In this document: piece after piece, positions 54,401 to 63,400 of the stretch | Numbering within the stretch: position 1 is the first letter of the stretch | How the letters are laid out: each line of letters begins with the position of its first letter | NCBI GenBank assembly: GCA_052327205.1 | Contig: CM126205.1 | Location: 241,676,001 to 241,740,000, forward strand | Direction of reading: 5' to 3' | DNA: 64,000 nucleotides | Source: Somniosus microcephalus | Taxonomy: Eukaryota | Position numbers and translations under genes: made by a program | Notes under the pieces: generated by a model | What the model saw: only the letters and a program-made list of their open reading frames with translations | Databases searched by the model: none | What the model was told of the DNA's origin: nothing

Positions 54401-57400
54401 CGCTCCAAACCCACCCATTTTTTTAGGGGAAAATTCCAGCCAATGTTAGCATGTAGTGTGGCCTTCATGGGAAATTATTGTGTTTATCTGCTTATGTCAG
54501 AAACCATACTTGTTTCATGGTGTTGTTTTTGTGTATTCTTTTATCACTCTTCTATATGTCAGTGGATTGGCATAAAGAAAGTAGGGTTCTTATGAGCTGT
54601 TATAATCTCATCTGCACCTTCTCCAGAGCCTCACTGTCCTTCAGCATATGCGGGTACCAAAGCCTGACACAATAGTCCAAGTACAGACCTAACAAGGCCT
54701 TGTATAGCATAAATAAACTGCTCTTTGTTTTATCTTCGATGTTCTTTGCAATACACACTAAAACTCTATTTACCTTCACTATAGCCACCTCACACCGCTT
54801 GTACACTTTTAACAAGTTGTCAACTGTTAACCCCAGATATCTCCCTTGACCATGCCTGGTCACTTCACTTATCCACAATAAAGAACGTCTGCCACTTATG
54901 GGCCCATTCTCCCAATTTATATAAATCAGCCAGCAGCCTATTAATTTAGCCTAAAATGCTTACTCCTGTACACAGTTTACTGTGATTGTACAAATGGTTC
55001 CATTAATGCCTTCATCCAAATCATTAATGAACATGATGAAAAGCAATAGTTCTAACATGGAACCTTGTGGAAGTCCACTTGTGACCAGCTACCGTTCAGG
55101 TACACTTCTATTAATGGCAATGTTATGCCGATGAGATTTCAGCCAGTTACCTGTCCAGTATTATACCTGTCCTATGTTCCTATATGACTTCTTTTTTCTA
55201 GTGGTCTTCTATGTGGCACTTTGTCACAAGCTTTTTGGAAAACTAGATATATAACATCAACAGGATTGTTATCATCCACTATTTTGGAGACTTCCTCAGA
55301 GAACTCAATCAGTTTACTGAGGTAGAAACTGTTTCCTGAAGCCATGCTGGGAATCTCAAATAACCACTAATCTCCCTAAGTGATCATAAGTTACATCCAT
55401 GCAATACCTTTCAACAATTTCCTTATGAATAATGTCAAACTGACAAGTCTATAATTCCCAGAGTCAAATTTCTTCTCCTAATTAATAGGGTCACCTAATT
55501 ATGCTTCTAATCCATTGGAACCAGCCCAGACCTCAAGAGCTATTGAATATATGAATCAGTGACTCACATGTAACCTCCCCCATTTCCATAAGCACTCTAG
55601 GGCAAATTAATCAGTTTCAGCAGCATGATCATCTAAGACCATGCCTGCAGTTATTTCTATTGTAGCATCTCTAGCAGCACATCTATCTAATGCTACCAGG
55701 ACTGTAGCATCATCATTAGTTTTGAAAAACAAAGTACTGATACAATCTTTATATTTGATTCCGTGATTATATTTTAGCAGCAACTATCTACAATAGTGCG
55801 TTTGATGTGACTCCAACAAAACTGAGTGCAGTGTTGCTGTTTTCATGTTTCACCTCCCACACATTTTGATTTAAAGTTTAGCTATCAATTGTAGATTTTT
55901 GAACATACATTTTTGTATTAGAGTTCCCGCTAATAAAAACATTACTATAAGATTCATGATAATTGGTATACATTTACCACTTCTTATAATCTTGACATCA
56001 GGTGGCTGTGCTTTGTAACCTAATTGTTTTTTAATGTATACTGTTGTTCCATATGTTTTGTTTCATCTTCCAAGTAATGTTCATTTTCTTCAATGAATTT
56101 TATCTAAAAATGAAAATGTTCTTTAAAGTGCCGAAGAAGCCTGTTGCTGAGGAGATTACAGCAGTTACTGTTTCGAGAAAGGAAGCCGTTCCTCCAACAA
56201 AAGGTATGGAAATATGCATACAATACTTCTAAAATTATACTGTAAAAAGAAATCACATGATCTAGTTGGCTATGCCGTGTGTGTTTGTGCATTCATGTTG
56301 TTTCCTGCTGTTTTTGTATATTGTAGTTTATAGTTTTGCTTACTTATCCATTAAATTGAGGGACTCATTGAATTAGAAACACTGGTTTGGGGGACTTATT
56401 TTAAATTTTAATATATTACAATGCTAGAAATTAGTGTGTTCTCATTTTGGTCAATTTACTAATAATTAATTAGTGTTATTGCAACTAAAGTCATTTAAAT
56501 TCATGTCTAATATGATGTATAAATCTTAACTTACAACATTTTTGGAGGGAAAGGTGAATTATAATAAGCAACTAAGTTTTCAGCTTGCTTGGTTGATTTA
56601 TATATTTATGTTACAGTTACTTATCAGTAAATATTAGCGAAACATGTATGCATACATACATGAGAACATACAGATGTGATAGTAGATGAACCAGAAATTA
56701 GTGAATGATATTGGTTTTTTGATTAGCTCTTGCTTTCTGAAACCGCCAACAGGAAATCTTCAGAGGTTGCAAATTCACCTCCTGGAGATCAAGGCTGAGA
56801 ATGCCTATCACCATGCTACACATTATATTTGGAACTAAACTTTTAATACTGTAGAATTATCTACATGCACCTTCATTTTGAAAAGAGATTTGAAATGTTG
56901 TTGAACAGACATATCTTTCTGCTTCCCAATATGGCAGTTTGGTTGTTACTAACATGTTGTCATAAACATGCTGTTCCAATAGCATGGAACTGCTACAAGC
57001 CAGCTTGTTTGGAAAGTAATTCTGGGGACAACACCAGAGGCTGTATATGGGGGATGGAGTTCTGTCCATGAAAAATCATATTCGCTGTGCTACCGGAAGT
57101 GATAGAAAGTATGGAGATTTGCAACAAAAATCACTTCTGCTGTTTGAGAACTAAACCTTAAAATATCCAAAGGATTTGTGTGTAATTGCTCATAGCTGCT
57201 GGATTAATTAACTAGGTTGCATAAGGCAATAATAAGTTTATGTATACCAGAACCATGATGCAAAATGAGAGATTATTGTGTGATTGGCACAAGATGGTAG
57301 ACTGTGTAATGTATCAGTTGCTTCTTTTGTGTTTAATGTTATGTGCACTTCTGTGTTAAAATGTTCGAAGTGCAGGTCTTTGATTTTTTTTTTTGTCCAA

Positions 57401-60400
57401 AAATTAAATTCCTTAAAGTGCCAGAGGTTCCTGAGTTTGTTCCTGAAGAAGTGAAACCAGTTATACGAAAAGAAAAGGTTTCTCCAATAAAAGGTACAAA
57501 AGAAGCCACGTGTTTCATACTAGCATTGTTCTTTTGATAAATGTGTATTCATCTATTCATCTTGTAATTATCTTGGAAAGTAGTTCTCTTTTAGAGGCTT
57601 CAAATTGCCAATGCTCTGCTACTTGTTCATCTTATTTTACGATATGTGTTGTTTTAATTGTTTGCTTGTGAATTTGTGCCATTCTACCACTGCATTGTGT
57701 TGTTCTTGTATTTATTGATACTGTCATTATGCTTAGTTAGGTATTAAAACACATAGGGGGAAAAATTTGGTTGGTTTGCACCTTCCATTAGCGCCTTAAG
57801 AGGGCGCTAATGGGGCGCAAAGCAACTAGCGCCCGGGCGCGGCGATGTTTGCACCGCTCGCGAAATTGACCAGACATTTTGCGGCGGCGCTAAACACTAC
57901 CGCCACGATCTCCTGCGCCTGCAGATCATGACGTCAGTCGAGCGTGCAACGCCCCGGTAGTGCCCCAGACCAGATCTTGAGTGGTGCCCCTTGCCTTACC
58001 GCCTGCCGCTAGCAACGACAGGTTGAGTGGAGCATTTTGCAGTTGGGAAGGAACTGGGGGAGCGCTATTTAAAGGCGACCGCTTCCTGCCTTTTTTTGTT
58101 GGCGACATTTTTGCACCACGCATTCTGAGTGAGAGAGAGAGACTTCTGGAGATATTCAACGCTGTGTTGAGGAGTTTTGGGTACTGAGCAGCACTTTGCA
58201 GGTTCATTTTGATTTGCCCTTCCTTGTATCGATTTAGAAGAGACTGTGGGGGCTGCACTCTGAGCTCTTTCCCTGGGCTTCTCCATTGTTCTTTCCAGCA
58301 GATTTGATGTACAGGTCTCTCCAGGCCGAGATTCAAGGCTGTAATGAGCAGGATATGGATGGAGTGCAAGATCAACCCTCCCCTTTAAGAACTGACCAGC
58401 ACCAGTGTGTCTGTGTTCCATTGCTGACTGACATCACATGAGCTTCGCCAGCGCTCTGAGGTAGCGCCTCGCTCCTCGGCGTTAGTGCCTTAAGAGAGGT
58501 GTGTAGCGCCTGATTTAGCGCTCCAATCACCTCCATGGGCGATTGAAGCCAAGTTTGCAGTTGGAGGCGATAATTAGCGCCAAGCGCTAAACTTTGCGCC
58601 CAGCTGATAATTGCGCCCCAAACGGGGCGATACCGAATTTCTCCCCCATAATATTTTAATATCACCAATATTAGATAAATTTGAATTTTGCATTGAATTT
58701 CTTAACCAATAGCTTGCCTTGAAAACTTACCTGGACTTGTTGGGAACCCCATGATAAAGCTGGTGAAACAACTGTTTGCTTTGATGAATCATAAATGCAT
58801 GGCTCTTTGGGATTTTTTTCTTGTTGCCTCAATGAAGGTGAAGATAAAGCATATCAATACAAGCATCCAGTTGCCGTACGATACTGTACAAATGCAATCG
58901 AGATCATAATTACTATCTTTTGGTACTTATATTTGAGGAACAACAGCGCAATGATGGACTGCCACACCCACAAGGGAAGATTAGGAGCGTGATTGTATTT
59001 CTTTTTTGACCCAGATTATGAAGCTCATCAAATATAATGAGGGAGCGGAGGAGTCCACTTTTGTCATTTGAATTTGAAAACTATCTTTTAAACTTTTACT
59101 TTTTAATCTTTTAGTTTATCTTACTACAGCTTAAGCAGGAGTTTATAACAATCCTGCTACATCTTACTCCTCTAACATGCTGGCTACTAACAGCACCTTA
59201 CAAGTATGGAGCTTGGCTATTATGGCTGGGCTCAAAGCAAGTGGTTGGAAAATCAGAGTGTGCATCTTTAAATCCTCCTGCCCTTCAGGCTGGACTTCTG
59301 GTTCACCGCAGGCCACTATTAGTTGTTCATGTACCACTGTCAGCAAGTGATAATGTCAGAGTTTTGTCATTGGTAATAGCGTATCTGCACACTCAGTGCC
59401 ACTTCCTCTCGACCAACCAGTCTTGGTTGTAATTTTGAGTTATCCACGAGCTGTTACTGGCACGAGATTTTTCCTTCCAGAAAAAAGTTATCCAGGGGAC
59501 TGTTTCCCTGGCTGAGTTTTTTTTTAATTGATGTAGTATTGGCCTTAAGGAAAGCATAATTTCATTTACATTCTTTACCGCTAGAAAAAAATCTCTCATT
59601 TTAAAGCTAACAGATTTTTAAAAATTGTGTGATAGACCTTAATTTAGAAAATCCACTGATCTCAACTGCAAAATCATGTACAAAAGTAATTGTTATTGTG
59701 ATCTAACAACAGCTTGCATTTATATAGCATGATTAATGTAGTAAAACATCCCAAAGCATTTCATAGAAGTGTTATCAGACAAAATTTGACACCAAGCCAA
59801 TATGGAGATATTAGGACAGGTGACCAAAAGCTTGGTCAAAGAGTTGGGTTTTAATGAGCATCTTAAAGGAGGAGAGAGGGAATGATTTGGAGGGAATTCC
59901 AGAGCTTAGGGGCTAGACAGCTGAAGGCACAGCCGCCAATGGTGAGGCGAAGGAAATTGAGGATGTACAAGGGGCCAGAAAGCAGAATACTTGGAGGGTT
60001 TTAGGGCTGGAGGAGGTTACAGAGATAGAGAGCGGCAAGGCAATGAAGGGATTTGAACAAAAGGATCAGATTTTTATATTCGAGGAGTTGCTGGACCGGG
60101 AGCCAATGTAGGTCAGCGAGCACAGGGGTTATGAATGAATGGGACTTGATGTGAGTTAGGTTAAGGGCAACAAAGTTTTGGATGAGCTCAAGTTTACGAA
60201 GGGTGGAAGATGGGAGGCCAGCCAGGCGAGTGTTGGAATAGTCAAGGCTGTAGGTAACAAAAGCAGGGATAGGCCGAGACAGTTGCAGAGACAGGCGATA
60301 TTTTGGAGGTGGAAGTAGGTGCTCTTGGTGATGGAAAGGATATGGGCCGGAAGTTCAGCTCAAGGTCAAATAGGACGCTGAGGTTGCAAACAGTCTGGTT

Positions 60401-63400
60401 CAGCCTCAGACAGTGGCCAGGGAGGTGGTTGGAATCAGTGACTAGGGAACTAGGCTTGTGGCTGGGGCCAAAGACAATTGATTCGGTCTATCCCATATTT
60501 AATTGGAGGAAATTTCTGCTCAGCCAATACTAGATGTCGGACAAGCAGCATGACAAGTCAGATGCATTGTAGGAGTTGAGTAATGTGGTGGTGAAGCAGA
60601 GCTAGATTTCCCCAGCGTATATGTGGAATCTGATGTTGTGTTTTCAAATGATGTCGCCAAGAGGCAGCATGTAGATGAGATTTTTGAGTTATGCGTTGGA
60701 AGGGAAAATATGATTAGGATGCTACCGTTGTCTGTTACCTGTTCTGTGTGATTTTCATTGGATGTTTGAATAAATTTCATTTTTGTTTTTGATAAGTTTT
60801 GGCTAAATATAAAAATATTCTTTGAAGTGCCAGAAGTTGCTGTGAAACGTACTCCTGAAGAGCCAGTTCCTGTTCAAAGGAAAGAGGAAATCACGCCAGG
60901 AAAAGGTACAAACATTACAAGATTTTATACAAATATTTTCCCAAGTGATATGGTAGTTTATTGTTGCCATTGAGGTGACAATGTTGTCTTGTTTTTATGA
61001 TAATCTCTCAAATCAAAGTTAGAACTCTTCTGACTGTACAAGAATACTCATATTCTCAATGTCTGTCATGAACTTGTTACAATGTTATGATCATTGTTCA
61101 TAACGTGCATAGATATATTATATATATATATGTATATAGATTATGAATATTGTGATAGCATTAACATCGCTTAATATTTTGGCAATACATCAATTAAATT
61201 GGATTAAAGCTATTTTTTGCAAAATTATGAATTAATTTTTCTCACTGATAATTCTGATCATGCTATTGGAAAAATGTGCATAACAATACTCAGTGAAACA
61301 CTTAATTTGTTAGCAAAAAGAGTAAAAAGCCTTTTGTATTTTATTTTAGCAAATATATTATATCAAAGTAAAAAATATTCCATCAATTCTAGTTACTGAA
61401 GTTCCCAATGGCAGTGCATTACTTATATAAGTACTGTACCAGTAGTTGATGGAGCTTTACAGTTGTTATTGTTACAAGAAAAATTGTCTGTCATGTGTTG
61501 TCCTGTTTGGTGTTGAGATACATTCTGTATATTTTCTTTAATGATTCTAGTCTTTAAAAAAGATAAATGTTCTTTTAAAGTGCAAGAGATTCCTAAAAAA
61601 GCAGTTGCTGAAGAAGTGAAACCAATTATTATTTCAAGAAAAAAGGAGGTTTCTCCACTAGAAGGTATAATATACATAGAAGGATTTCATACCAACTTCA
61701 TCATTCCTATATAATCTAATATCACCTTCATCAGATCAGAATGCAAGCATGGTTTTTCTTCATGATCATCTCATAAGTTCTAACCAGAACCCTGCTGTTG
61801 ATGATGCTCATAGTGTCATTTATGTTCTTCATACGTATTGCTGGTTGTATGTTATATTGTTTTATTCTGTTGCGATGTAGAGTAATCATTTATGTATCTC
61901 ATTTGTGTGTATTGTTCATGCTTTTTTGTAGCATTTAGGTAATTTTTTTGCTTTAATAGGCGGGGATTTGATCTGGAACATTTGAATCAGCAGAGGGTTG
62001 ATTGTATCTAGTTTGTTATAACACCAATTATGAAAATAATTCAGGGGTTTAATTTTTATAACTTCCAGTGGTTCTCAATTGAAATTGTTCAATTGCCAGA
62101 GCAGGAATTTAGGATTTGTTAAATATTTGTCAGTTATTTAAAGAAAACAGCCCATCATTTTGTAAGCAAACAATCAGTAGTTTAATTTGAGTGTTTACTG
62201 TTTCCCACAGCAAGAGTTGATTTTTTTATTTATTCATTTGTAACATAAGTTGTCAATTTAATAATTTGGATAAGGAATATCTTCCACCAGCAAATAAAAT
62301 TCCAGGAGCCAAGTTCAAACAAAATGGTGACTCCTAATGGTTCAGTGAGTAAGTGGAACTGAGTTGTGCTGATCAGAATGGCCCAACTTTAGCCCCAGGA
62401 TTAGTTAGATGATTTAGTGGCAGTGGAGCTAAACAGTGCCACAATTCTTCTTAGCATCCCCAGTTCAGGGAAGAGGAGGGAACTCCTGATTATCTTCTAG
62501 AATCAGGTTTGACTCTAATGGCCCCAAGACCAAGCTGCCACCTGAGGAAAAAAGCCCAAGCATGATTGTTGGTTGAGAATAGGAATTTCTGTGCTGCTGC
62601 TTGGCAGGATAAGAGCAAATGTTACTACATTGTCATCAGGATTTTCATTGTCAGTCCATCAGACACTAGTAACCAAATCTTCTGATTGAACTAGGGTTAA
62701 GATATAGCTGTGAGGGCAACCACTAGCAAATAACTGGTAGTGCAATGCAACACCAAGTTGTCATGTTCAAGAGGTTAGGGAGTGCATGACTGAAAGAGTT
62801 AGGTCGGAGAAGAGGAAGGGAAGATGCCAACAAACCATGCTATGCCAGGCCATCAGCCTTGCCATCTCTGATGCTGACTGCTGTCCGTCTTCATATGATG
62901 TTGATGGCGGCTTCTTCCAAAAAGGTGACTGATGGTCCTACCAGGCTACTTGTATCCCTCCTGTTGTGAGCCAAATTCTGCTGCAAGAAGAGTGGAAGTG
63001 AGCTAATATGTGCTCTGAGTCAGCTGACCATCATGTGCATGATGGCAGGAAGAAGTGGCAAGCATGGTCAAGAAGGAGAAGAAGTTGTGAGGGCAGCAGC
63101 AGATTTTCCAGGTGTGAGTGTCGCAGAAAGGAGGTGAAGTTAAGTCTTCCCTGCTGACCTATGGACAGCCATGGCAAGTGGAGAAGGGAAAGATAGAGTC
63201 CTACAGAATGGTGCAGAAAGTATTTGATGTGAAGTGGAGTCTTACCTTGGCAATCTGAGTGAGATGATTAAATTTATTTCTGCTTTGCAACCAGGCCCTA
63301 GCAATAATGCTTCGTGCATTCATATATTGTACCACCTCTCACCAGGCCCATTCACCAATTTGCCTTGCCACTGGCCAACCATTAAAGGGGAAGAAGACCT

